Positions 17,972-26,534 of a DNA stretch of 32,000 bases are shown one piece after another (within the stretch, counting starts at the first letter, position 1; the number at the start of each line of letters is the position of its first letter). The stretch comes from Oscillospiraceae bacterium. Its GTDB lineage: Bacteria > Bacillota > Clostridia > Oscillospirales > Ruminococcaceae. The position numbers were made by a program, and so were the translations under genes. The notes beneath the pieces were generated by a model. That model was given only the letters and a program-made list of their open reading frames with translations. It made no database searches and had not been told where the DNA came from. The stretch is from positions 21,022-53,021 of the forward strand of contig JAUNSK010000022.1 in NCBI GenBank assembly GCA_030539275.1, read 5' to 3'.

Positions 17972-18931
17972 ATGCAGATAGATTACAAACAGGCTGCCGA
18001 TATTGTAAGAGTATGCGATAACGTTCATATTCTTACTCATCAGAGTCCGGATGGCGATACATTAGGTTCAGCTTTTGCCCTGCATTTTGCATTATCCATA
18101 CTAGGTAAGAGATCATTGGTGCTGTGTCCTGATGAAATACCTGAAAGATATGCATTTCTTTATAAGAACCGAGTTAATAATCAGGAAAACTTTGAACCTG
18201 ACTGTGTTATTGCAGTTGATCTGGCAGATACGGGATTAATGGGGAATATGAGAAAAATATACGAGAAAAAGGTCAGTCTTTGTATTGATCACCATATATC
18301 AAATACAATGTATGCTGATAATACACTGGTAAACCCGGATGCATCAGCAACATGTGAAGTAATGTATTCGCTCTTTTCGGAGCTTGGCATAAAGATCGAC
18401 GATAATATTGCAAGGTGTCTCTACACGGGAATAGCTACTGATACAGGATGCTTCAAGTATTCAAATACTACAGCAGAGGCACACAGAATATGCAGTGAGC
18501 TTATACAGTTTGATATTGACTTTGCCTCAATTAACAGGGAAATGTTTGATATAAAAAGCAAACAGAGATTTTATCTGGAACAGCATATAGTAGACCACAT
18601 GGAATACTATTTTGAAGGCAGGTGTGCACTGCTGTGTATCACAAAGGACCTTTGCGACAAACTTAAGGTAGATATGGAAGATCTCGACGGAGTTGCAAGT
18701 ATACCGCTTCAGATAGAGGGTACCGAAGTATCGGTAACCTTTAAGGAAAAAGAGAGCGGCGTATACAAAATCTCAATGAGATCTGCCAACTCTATTAATG
18801 TATCTCATATATGTCAGTATCTTGGCGGCGGCGGACACGTTAAAGCTGCAGGATGCATCGTAAAGGGCACATATGAACAGGCAAGGCAGCAGGTGCTTGA
18901 TGCTGTAGGAATGGTTCTCGGAGGACAATAA
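17972..18931 (+). CDS. nrnA: DHH/DHHA1 family phosphoesterase (NrnA-like nanoRNase / pAp phosphatase)
   Basis: Motifs HQSPDGDTLGS, IAVDLAD, CIDHHIS, GIATDTG and GGGGHVKAAG. I prefer ATG 17972 (MQIDYKQ...), which follows AAAGGA at 17954-17959. The track's TTG 17939 is an alternative. Confidence 0.83.
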   Translation: MQIDYKQAADIVRVCDNVHILTHQSPDGDTLGSAFALHFALSILGKRSLVLCPDEIPERYAFLYKNRVNNQENFEPDCVIAVDLADTGLMGNMRKIYEKKVSLCIDHHISNTMYADNTLVNPDASATCEVMYSLFSELGIKIDDNIARCLYTGIATDTGCFKYSNTTAEAHRICSELIQFDIDFASINREMFDIKSKQRFYLEQHIVDHMEYYFEGRCALLCITKDLCDKLKVDMEDLDGVASIPLQIEGTEVSVTFKEKESGVYKISMRSANSINVSHICQYLGGGGHVKAAGCIVKGTYEQARQQVLDAVGMVLGGQ

Positions 18932-18932
18932 T

Positions 18933-19829
18933 TTGGATGGAATATTATGCATAAACAAGCCTCAGGGGTTTACGTCATTTGATGTTGTAGCAAAACTGCG
19001 CGGGATCCTGAAAATGAAAAGAATAGGACATGCAGGAACACTTGACCCTATGGCGACAGGTGTTCTGCCTGTATTTGTGGGCTGTGCCACAAAAGCGTGT
19101 GACATTCTTCCCGTAAACACAAAGGCATATCGTGCTGAATTTGAACTTGGTTTTGTTACTGATACTCAGGACAGTACAGGCAAAATTCTGAGTACAAGTG
19201 ACAAGCAAGTAACAAAGCAGGAGATCGCAGGTATTCTGAACAGGTTTACAGGTACGATCCAACAGATACCGCCGATGTATTCAGCAGTAAGCGTTAACGG
19301 AAAAAGACTCTATGAACTTGCAAGACAGGGCATAGAGGTAGAACGCAAACCGAGAACTATAACAGTACTCTCACTTGAGCTTGAAAATTATGATGAGAAA
19401 CAACGCACAGGTACTTTAAGTATAAAATGTTCAAAAGGCACATATATCCGCACGATAATCCATGATATCGGAAGTATTCTGGGCTGCGGTGCTATGATGA
19501 CAGGACTTGTAAGGACTGAGTCAAATGGTTTTTGTCTTGGCGGCTGTTACACCATAGATCAGGTAGAGGATTATGTCCGTGATCAGAGGATCAGTGATAT
19601 ACTGATACCGGTTGAACGTGCTTTTGAAACACTGCCGGAAAAAAAACTCGACGAAACTCAGACAAAGGCATATAAAAACGGCGTTAAGATCCCTGTAGCT
19701 GAGGCAGGTATTTCTGATTCTGATGCGGATCGCAAGTACAGAATTTATTCCTCAGACGGATCATTTCTGGGACTTGCGCAAGTAACTGATGGTTTGCTGA
19801 GGGTATATAAAAACTTTATTCAGCATTGA
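18933..19829 (+). CDS. truB: tRNA pseudouridine(55) synthase
   Basis: GILCINKPQGFTSFDVV and the catalytic Asp motif GHAGTLDPMATGVL. TTG start lies 7 nt after GGAGGA (18920-18925). Confidence 0.92.
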   Translation: MDGILCINKPQGFTSFDVVAKLRGILKMKRIGHAGTLDPMATGVLPVFVGCATKACDILPVNTKAYRAEFELGFVTDTQDSTGKILSTSDKQVTKQEIAGILNRFTGTIQQIPPMYSAVSVNGKRLYELARQGIEVERKPRTITVLSLELENYDEKQRTGTLSIKCSKGTYIRTIIHDIGSILGCGAMMTGLVRTESNGFCLGGCYTIDQVEDYVRDQRISDILIPVERAFETLPEKKLDETQTKAYKNGVKIPVAEAGISDSDADRKYRIYSSDGSFLGLAQVTDGLLRVYKNFIQH

Positions 19830-19830
19830 T

Positions 19831-20772
19831 TTGGGATGGTGCATTTTGTTATATTTTAAGCAAAACGAAAGCATAAAAGATTCTGATGTTCCGAGTGCTG
19901 CTGCACTTGGAGTATTTGACGGTGTACACATAGGACATGCTGAAGTTCTGAGGAGAGCAGCATCGTTTGAAAACAACGGTCTGATACCTGCTGTATTTAC
20001 ATTTACAACAGAAAGCATTCCGCAAAAGCATGGGCAGAATTATAATTTTATTATTACAAATGAACGTAAACTGGAGTATCTTCACAGTGCAGGTATAAAA
20101 CGCATTTTATGTGCAGACTATGATGAGGTATGCGGACTTGATGCCGAAAGATTTGTCTGCAGCATTCTTTTAAAAAAGCTTAATGTAAAGCAGGTAATAT
20201 GCGGAGAAGAATTTCATTTTGGTAAAGGTGCATTGTGCAGTGTTGATGATCTCAGAAAATTAGGAGTAAAGTATGGATTTGGAGTTACTGCCGTAAGTCC
20301 TGTAGTACTTGACGGGAAAACTGTATCATCAACTCTTATAAAGCAGTATCTTTGTGAAGGAAAAATAGAAAACGCCAATAAACTGCTGGGACGATTATAT
20401 ACAATAAACTCTGAGATTGTTTACGGAAATCAGATAGGACGTACTATACAATTTCCCACAATAAATCAGAACTTCACAAAAGGACAGATAATTCCGCGGT
20501 TTGGTGTCTATGCATCAAAGACCGTTATTGATAATAAAACATATACATCCGTTACAAATATCGGTGTCAAACCGACAGTAACAGATAATAATATACCGCT
20601 TGCTGAAACTCATATACTTGACTTCAGCGGTGATCTTTACGGCAGGACAGCACAGGTAAGCCTCACCGAATTTGTCAGAGGCGAGACTCACTTTGATTCA
20701 ATAGGACAACTAAAAAATGCAATTTTACAGGATGTTGCACAGGTCAGAAGACTTGGCAGTATCTCAGACTAG
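19831..20772 (+). CDS. ribF: bifunctional riboflavin kinase / FMN adenylyltransferase
   Basis: ALGVFDGVHIGH (FAD synthetase) and GRTIQFPTIN plus THILDFSGDLYG (riboflavin kinase). The start is uncertain: TTG 19831 or TTG 19846. Confidence 0.88.
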   Translation: MGWCILLYFKQNESIKDSDVPSAAALGVFDGVHIGHAEVLRRAASFENNGLIPAVFTFTTESIPQKHGQNYNFIITNERKLEYLHSAGIKRILCADYDEVCGLDAERFVCSILLKKLNVKQVICGEEFHFGKGALCSVDDLRKLGVKYGFGVTAVSPVVLDGKTVSSTLIKQYLCEGKIENANKLLGRLYTINSEIVYGNQIGRTIQFPTINQNFTKGQIIPRFGVYASKTVIDNKTYTSVTNIGVKPTVTDNNIPLAETHILDFSGDLYGRTAQVSLTEFVRGETHFDSIGQLKNAILQDVAQVRRLGSISD

Positions 20773-20783
20773 GAGGATTTTTA

Positions 20784-22439
20784 ATGGATAACGACAGACT
20801 TGCACAACTGCTGTTTCCGGATATTACAAATACACCGGATTATTATGAAAATCTGTATCCCGAAAGACAGCTTCCGGATAAAGCTGAGGTTACAAGAATA
20901 GGACCGAGCCCGACAGGATTTATTCACCTCGGAAATCTTTACAGTGCAACAGCAGGCGAACGTCTTGCACACAGAACCGGCGGTGTTTTCTATTTAAGAA
21001 TTGAGGACACTGACAATAAGCGCAAGGTTGACGGTGCAGTTGAATGTGTCATCTCGTCACTGGACTATTTCGGAATAAAGTTTGATGAGGGTGCAGAAGT
21101 TGAAGGCAGCTCTGACAACAATTCTTATGGCCCGTTTTATCAGAGACAGAGAGAACAGATATATAAGACCTTTGTGAAGGATCTTGTTAAAAAAGGTCTC
21201 GCATATCCGTGCTTTTGCAGTGAGGATGACCTGACTAAGATCCGTACTATACAGTCTGATGAAAAGCTTGATCTCGGATACTACGGCAAATGGGCGAAGT
21301 GCAGGGATCTGACATATGATGAGATCGAAAAAAGAGTAAAAGCCGGTGAACCATACAGCATGAGACTTCGCTCATCAGGCAAACCAGGCAATACTATAAA
21401 ATTCAGGGACGAGATAATGGGTGAGATAAACCTGCCCGAAAATATTATGGATGTGGTTATTCTTAAATCAGACGGAATTCCGACATATCATTTTGCACAT
21501 GCAGTTGATGATCATCTGATGAGAACAACAACTGTAATAAGAGGCTGTGAATGGCTCCCGTCAGTTCCGATACATGTGGAACTCTTTAATGTACTGGGTT
21601 TCAGACGTCCCAGGTATGCTCATACAGCTCAGCTTATGAAAATTGAAGACGGCAAGAAAAGAAAGCTTTCAAAGAGAAAGGATCCTGAGCTTTCACTCGG
21701 ATACTACTGTGAACTTGGTTATCATCCGCAGGCTGTCAAGATCTATCTTATGACAATACTCAATTCAAACTTTGAAGAATGGTATCAGAAAAACCACGAT
21801 AAGCCCATAGACGATTTTAAGTTCTCACTCAATAAAATGGGTACTTCAGGAATACTTTTTGATCTCTCAAAGCTTGATGATATAAGCAGTACTCTTCTTT
21901 CAGAACTTTCGATGGAGGAAGTATACAAGTTCTTCAGTGACTGGATGAAAAAGTACAAGCCTGAGTATACTGACATATATTTTGCAGATGAGAACAAGAC
22001 AGACAAAATAATGCAGCTTTGCATGGGCATCGGACAAAAAAGAAGAAGAAAAGATTTTATTAACTGCACTCAGATGTTTGATTATCTTTCATACTTCTTT
22101 AATGAATGCTTCAGCCCTGATTATGACTTTGGTGACAACAGCGATGTATCAGCTATACTTGAGGATTTTAAAAACAATTATGATTACAGCGATGATGCAT
22201 CAGCATGGTTTTCTAAGGTTAAGCAGACTGCAGAAAAGTTCGGTTATACATCTGATATGAAGGCATATAAGAAGGATCCTGAGGCATTTAAGGGCAATGT
22301 AAGCCATGTTGCAGAGATAATCAGAATTGCTGTAACAGGCAGAAGAAATACACCTGATCTCTGGACTATAATGCAGATTATCGGACTTGATAGTTCAATT
22401 AAACGTATCGACAATGCAATAAACAGCATTAATAAATGA
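20784..22439 (+). CDS. gltX: glutamate--tRNA ligase
   Basis: Class I motifs PSPTGFIHLGN (HIGH variant), FYLRIEDTD and KLSKRK (KMSKS variant). 551 aa, longer than the roughly 490 aa of Bacillus GltX. AGGAGGA overlaps the ribF stop. Confidence 0.86.
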   Translation: MDNDRLAQLLFPDITNTPDYYENLYPERQLPDKAEVTRIGPSPTGFIHLGNLYSATAGERLAHRTGGVFYLRIEDTDNKRKVDGAVECVISSLDYFGIKFDEGAEVEGSSDNNSYGPFYQRQREQIYKTFVKDLVKKGLAYPCFCSEDDLTKIRTIQSDEKLDLGYYGKWAKCRDLTYDEIEKRVKAGEPYSMRLRSSGKPGNTIKFRDEIMGEINLPENIMDVVILKSDGIPTYHFAHAVDDHLMRTTTVIRGCEWLPSVPIHVELFNVLGFRRPRYAHTAQLMKIEDGKKRKLSKRKDPELSLGYYCELGYHPQAVKIYLMTILNSNFEEWYQKNHDKPIDDFKFSLNKMGTSGILFDLSKLDDISSTLLSELSMEEVYKFFSDWMKKYKPEYTDIYFADENKTDKIMQLCMGIGQKRRRKDFINCTQMFDYLSYFFNECFSPDYDFGDNSDVSAILEDFKNNYDYSDDASAWFSKVKQTAEKFGYTSDMKAYKKDPEAFKGNVSHVAEIIRIAVTGRRNTPDLWTIMQIIGLDSSIKRIDNAINSINK

Positions 22440-22466
22440 CTTTGAAAGCGGTTTCGGAGGATTATT

Positions 22467-24485
22467 ATGGAAAATGATTTTAAAAACAAAAAGTATCAGG
22501 AAAGACCGGAGTTTCCAAAGAGAGCTGTCATAACCGGTGGAATGCCGTATGGCAATAAAACACTTCATTTCGGACATATTGGCGGAGTTTTTGTATTTGC
22601 AGATGTTTATGCAAGGTTTTTAAGAGACAGGATAGGTAAGGATAATGTTATTTTTGTATCCGGTACCGACTGTTATGGATCACCTATCGCAGAAAGCTAC
22701 AGAAAGCTTTGTGAAAATGAAGGCTTTAAGGGAACTATCCGTGATTTTGTTGAGAAAAATCATAAAAGTCAGAAAAAAACTCTGGATGACTATGATATAA
22801 GCGTAGATCTTTTCGGCGCATCAGGACTTGGAAGAACAGCTGAGATCCATAATGAGGTTTCATCTGAGGTAATAAAAAAACTTTATGAAAACGGTCATCT
22901 TTCAAAAATCACTACTTCACAGTTTTTTGATGAAAAGGCAGGCGTATTTCTAAATGGCAGACAGGTTATAGGAAAGTGTCCTGTTGAAGGATGCAGTTCT
23001 GAAAAAGCCTATGCAGATGAATGTGATCTCGGACATCAGTATATGCCTGAGAATCTTATAGATCCGAAGAGTACTCTTACAGGCGAGAAGCCGATCATGA
23101 AGGATGTTGTTAACTGGTATTTCAATCTTACAGAGTATACACAGCTTCTTAAGGAATATGTTGAAAAGATCAAAAAACAGAAAAATGTCAGACCTCTTGT
23201 AGTCAAGACTATTGATGAGTTCCTGAAGCCGCCTGTTATATACATCAAGACAGACTTTATGGAGAAATATGAACAGATAAAAGACAGTATGCCTCATCAT
23301 GAGATCGAAGACGGCACAAGAAAGAGTTCTTTTACTATAGTATTTGATAAGCTGCATGACTGTGATGAAGCTTGTAAGATCCTGACGCAAAATGGTATAA
23401 GATACAGGACCGGCAAGACACTTGTACCATTCAGACTCACAGGAAACATAGAATGGGGAGTACCGGCACCGGTTCTTGAGGGAGAAAAAGACCTGACAAT
23501 ATGGGTATGGCCTGAATCTCTCTGGGCACCTATTTCATTTACTGAAGCATATCTTGAGAAGTGCGGAAAGTCCAGAGAAGACTGGCGTAAATTCTGGTGT
23601 TCAAAGGATGCGCAGGTTTATCAGTTTATCGGTCAGGATAACATTTATTTTTATGGCGTAGCCGAGATGGCCATGGTTATTGCATCACAGGGAAAAGATA
23701 ATCTGAAATCAGATCCTGATGACGGTCAGCTGCAGATGCCTGTACTGATGGCAAACAATCATATTCTCTTTCTTGATAAAAAAGCAAGCAGCAGCAGTGC
23801 AGTAAAGCCGCCTATGGCTGATGAACTTCTTGACTACTATACATCAGAACAGCTGAGAATGCATTATCTGGGACTTGGTCTTGGACAGAGAAGTGTTAGC
23901 TTCCAGCCGAAACCGTTAAATCCTGAAGCTAAGCCGGATGAGGCAGATCCGGTACTCAAAGACGGATTCCTGCTGTCAAATGTATTTAACAGAATTATCA
24001 GAACATGCTTCTATACTGTACAGAAGCATTATGACTCTATGATGCCTCTTGGAAAGGTTACTGACCCTGTACTTGAAAGTGCAAAGAAAGCAGTACTGGA
24101 CTATGAGCGTTTCATGTACAGATTTGAGTTTCATCAGGCAACCTATGTTCTCGACACATATATCCGCAAAGCAAGCAAGTATATGGTTAAAAATCTTGCG
24201 GATGCAGATAAACAGGAAAATGATGAACTGAGACGTCAGACACTCATCGACGTATTTCATATGATCAGAACAGCTTCAGTTCTGCTTCATCCGATGGCTC
24301 CCAAGGGAACTGAGATGGTTCTTGAATATCTGCAGCTTGATGAAAGCTTCTGGAGCTGGGACAGAATATTTGACACTATGTCTGAAATATGCGGTGAAGA
24401 AACACATAAACTCAAATTCCTTGAGCCAAGGGTAGATTTCTTCAAGAGACATCCAAGTCAGTTTGTTCAGTCAGGGGAACAGTAA
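22467..24485 (+). CDS. metG: methionine--tRNA ligase-like class I aminoacyl-tRNA synthetase
   Basis: MetRS-type N-terminus MPYGNKTLHFGHIGGVFVFADVYARFLRDRIGKDNVIFVSGTDCYGSPI. Connective-peptide knuckle GKCPVEGCSS...ECDLGH. The KMSKS position reads KASSS (23781-23795). Confidence 0.75.
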   Translation: MENDFKNKKYQERPEFPKRAVITGGMPYGNKTLHFGHIGGVFVFADVYARFLRDRIGKDNVIFVSGTDCYGSPIAESYRKLCENEGFKGTIRDFVEKNHKSQKKTLDDYDISVDLFGASGLGRTAEIHNEVSSEVIKKLYENGHLSKITTSQFFDEKAGVFLNGRQVIGKCPVEGCSSEKAYADECDLGHQYMPENLIDPKSTLTGEKPIMKDVVNWYFNLTEYTQLLKEYVEKIKKQKNVRPLVVKTIDEFLKPPVIYIKTDFMEKYEQIKDSMPHHEIEDGTRKSSFTIVFDKLHDCDEACKILTQNGIRYRTGKTLVPFRLTGNIEWGVPAPVLEGEKDLTIWVWPESLWAPISFTEAYLEKCGKSREDWRKFWCSKDAQVYQFIGQDNIYFYGVAEMAMVIASQGKDNLKSDPDDGQLQMPVLMANNHILFLDKKASSSSAVKPPMADELLDYYTSEQLRMHYLGLGLGQRSVSFQPKPLNPEAKPDEADPVLKDGFLLSNVFNRIIRTCFYTVQKHYDSMMPLGKVTDPVLESAKKAVLDYERFMYRFEFHQATYVLDTYIRKASKYMVKNLADADKQENDELRRQTLIDVFHMIRTASVLLHPMAPKGTEMVLEYLQLDESFWSWDRIFDTMSEICGEETHKLKFLEPRVDFFKRHPSQFVQSGEQ

Positions 24486-24560
24486 CTTTAGATTCTCTTA
24501 TAATTATCATAGTGCTATCACAAATAGTTGGTAAAATTCAATTTGTGTAATATTAATTAT

Positions 24561-24610
24561 TATTGCTCCATTACAGATTCTTCAGTTTGAATCATATTAG
24601 TGGGGCAATA
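24561..24610 (+). terminator. nested hairpin after metG (weak terminator or structured element)
   Basis: Outer 10-bp stem tattgctcca / tggggcaata (one G-U pair). Inner 5-bp stem gattc / gaatc. There is no clean U-tract (tatgcatgatataatattt follows). Confidence 0.3.
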
Positions 24611-24614
24611 TGCA

Positions 24615-24623
24615 TGATATAAT
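24615..24623 (+). promoter_or_regulatory. extended -10 promoter element for the ABC operon
   Basis: TGaTATAAT at 24615-24623, 30 nt upstream of the GTG start. There is no good -35. Confidence 0.4.
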
Positions 24624-24652
24624 ATTTATTTTAAAAATAGGAGGAATAATAA

Positions 24653-25819
24653 GTGATTCAGGTAAAAAATCTGTCAAAGAATTACGGTGAGAAAAAAGCT
24701 CTCGATGATATTTCATTTGAAGTCAAAGACGGCGAAATACTTGGGTTTCTTGGACCAAATGGTGCAGGTAAATCTACAACAATGAATATATTGACAGGAT
24801 ATATTTCTTCATCGTCAGGCCAGGTACTGATAAACGGAACAGATATAATGGAGGACCCTAAAAAAGCCAAGAAAAACATTGGATATCTTCCTGAAATACC
24901 GCCGCTTTATATTGATATGACAGTAAGCGCATATCTCGATTTTGTATTTGATCTTAAGAAATGTAAAATGTCAAGAACAAAACATCTCCAGGAGATATAT
25001 GATCTTGTTAAAATCGAAGATGTAAAAGACAGGATAATTAAAAATCTTTCCAAAGGTTATAAGCAGAGAGTCGGACTGGCTCAGGCACTTATAGGAAACC
25101 CGCCGGTACTTATCCTTGACGAACCTACTGTAGGTCTTGACCCGAAACAGATCATCGAAATAAGAACTCTTGTAAAGAGGCTTGGAAAAAATCATACTGT
25201 AATTCTTTCATCACATATTCTTTCTGAAATTCAGGCAGTTTGTGACAGAGTAATAATTATTAATAAGGGAAAAATTGCGGCTGATGATACAACAGATCAT
25301 CTGTCAGAGACCATGACAAATGATCATAAGCTTCTTGTACAGATCGAAGGACCACGCGAAGAAGTATACAAGGCTGTACGGGGCATTGATGGTGTTACAT
25401 CAGTAATAGCTGATATGAACCGCGGCGAAAATATTTATGATTATGAAATAGAAGCAAAACCTGGTATTGATGTAAGACGTCCTCTTAATAAGCTTATAGC
25501 TGATAAAGGATGGTATCTGCTGAAGCTTCAGGCTAATGAACTGACTCTTGAAGATGTATTCCTTAAAATTGTTATGGGAGAAACTGAAGATCTCAGACTG
25601 ACTGGCAGCAACGTTGCACAGGATAAAGTTCTTGATGATGTAAGCCTTTCTTTTAAACCCGACAAAAAACAGATCGAACAGGAAGTAGATGAGGCAAAAG
25701 AGAAACTGCGTGATGTTCTCAAGACAATTGATGCACAGAGAAGTGTTGCTGATAATGAGAAGAATAATAAAGGCAGCAATGATAAAAAAGGTAAGAGCAA
25801 GAACGGGGGTAACAAGTAA
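24653..25819 (+). CDS. ABC transporter ATP-binding protein (GldA-like, ABC-2 type) with a long charged C-terminal tail
   Basis: Walker A GPNGAGKST, signature LSKGYKQRV, Walker B VLILDEPT, H-loop SSHIL. GTG start lies 7 nt after AGGAGGA. The last ~85 aa are a K/E/D/N-rich extension. Confidence 0.9.
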   Translation: MIQVKNLSKNYGEKKALDDISFEVKDGEILGFLGPNGAGKSTTMNILTGYISSSSGQVLINGTDIMEDPKKAKKNIGYLPEIPPLYIDMTVSAYLDFVFDLKKCKMSRTKHLQEIYDLVKIEDVKDRIIKNLSKGYKQRVGLAQALIGNPPVLILDEPTVGLDPKQIIEIRTLVKRLGKNHTVILSSHILSEIQAVCDRVIIINKGKIAADDTTDHLSETMTNDHKLLVQIEGPREEVYKAVRGIDGVTSVIADMNRGENIYDYEIEAKPGIDVRRPLNKLIADKGWYLLKLQANELTLEDVFLKIVMGETEDLRLTGSNVAQDKVLDDVSLSFKPDKKQIEQEVDEAKEKLRDVLKTIDAQRSVADNEKNNKGSNDKKGKSKNGGNK

Positions 25820-26523
25820 TGGGAGCAATTTTCAGACGTGAAATGTCAACATTTTTTACATCGCCGATCGCGTATGTGTTTTTAAGTGCTTTTTATCTGT
25901 TTTCAGGTTTCTTCTTTGTTAACGGAACACTTGCATATGCTACATCTGATATGAGCGGTGTATTTTCTTCAATTTTTCTGGTTCTTATTTTCCTTATTCC
26001 TCTGATGACAATGAAAATGTTGTCTGAAGAAAAGAAACAGAGAACTGATCAGGGTCTGCTTACAGCACCTATCAGTATAACATCGATAGTGCTTGGAAAA
26101 TATTTTGCAGCAATGATTCTTTATACAATAGGTATATCAATGTTTCTGGTATATGCACTTATACTTGAGTTTTTCGGATCCGTGAGCTGGTCTATTGTAC
26201 TTTCAAACTTTGTTGCACTCTGGTTTTTAGGTGCAGCATTTGTAGCAGTTACTCTTTTTATCTCGTCACTTACTGAAAATCAGATAATAGCTGCTGTAGT
26301 AGGATTTCTCGCACTGATGATATTCTATTTGCTTGATTCAATAGCAACAATGATACCAGTAAAGTTTATTTCAACTATTCTTACCAACCTGTCATTTTAC
26401 AGTAAGTATAATGAGTTTGTAAATGGTTTGTTCAACTTATCGAGTGTACTGTATTTTATCAGTGCAGCAGTTGTATTTAACTTTCTTACCGTAAGAGTAT
26501 TTGAAAAACGTCGTTGGAGCTAG
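25819..26523 (+). CDS. ABC-2 family permease (GldF-like)
   Basis: 234 aa and polytopic. The N-terminus FRREMSTFFTSPIAYVFLSAFYLFSGFFF is typical of GldF/ABC-2 permeases. The start overlaps the ATPase stop (TAATG). Confidence 0.8.
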   Translation: MGAIFRREMSTFFTSPIAYVFLSAFYLFSGFFFVNGTLAYATSDMSGVFSSIFLVLIFLIPLMTMKMLSEEKKQRTDQGLLTAPISITSIVLGKYFAAMILYTIGISMFLVYALILEFFGSVSWSIVLSNFVALWFLGAAFVAVTLFISSLTENQIIAAVVGFLALMIFYLLDSIATMIPVKFISTILTNLSFYSKYNEFVNGLFNLSSVLYFISAAVVFNFLTVRVFEKRRWS

Positions 26524-26534
26524 GAGGAGAAAAA

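Noticed and set aside
20772-22467. T-box or other riboswitch leaders upstream of gltX and metG; FMN riboswitch near ribF
   Set aside because: The intergenic gaps are only 11 and 27 nt, and 1 nt before ribF. No structured leader can fit.
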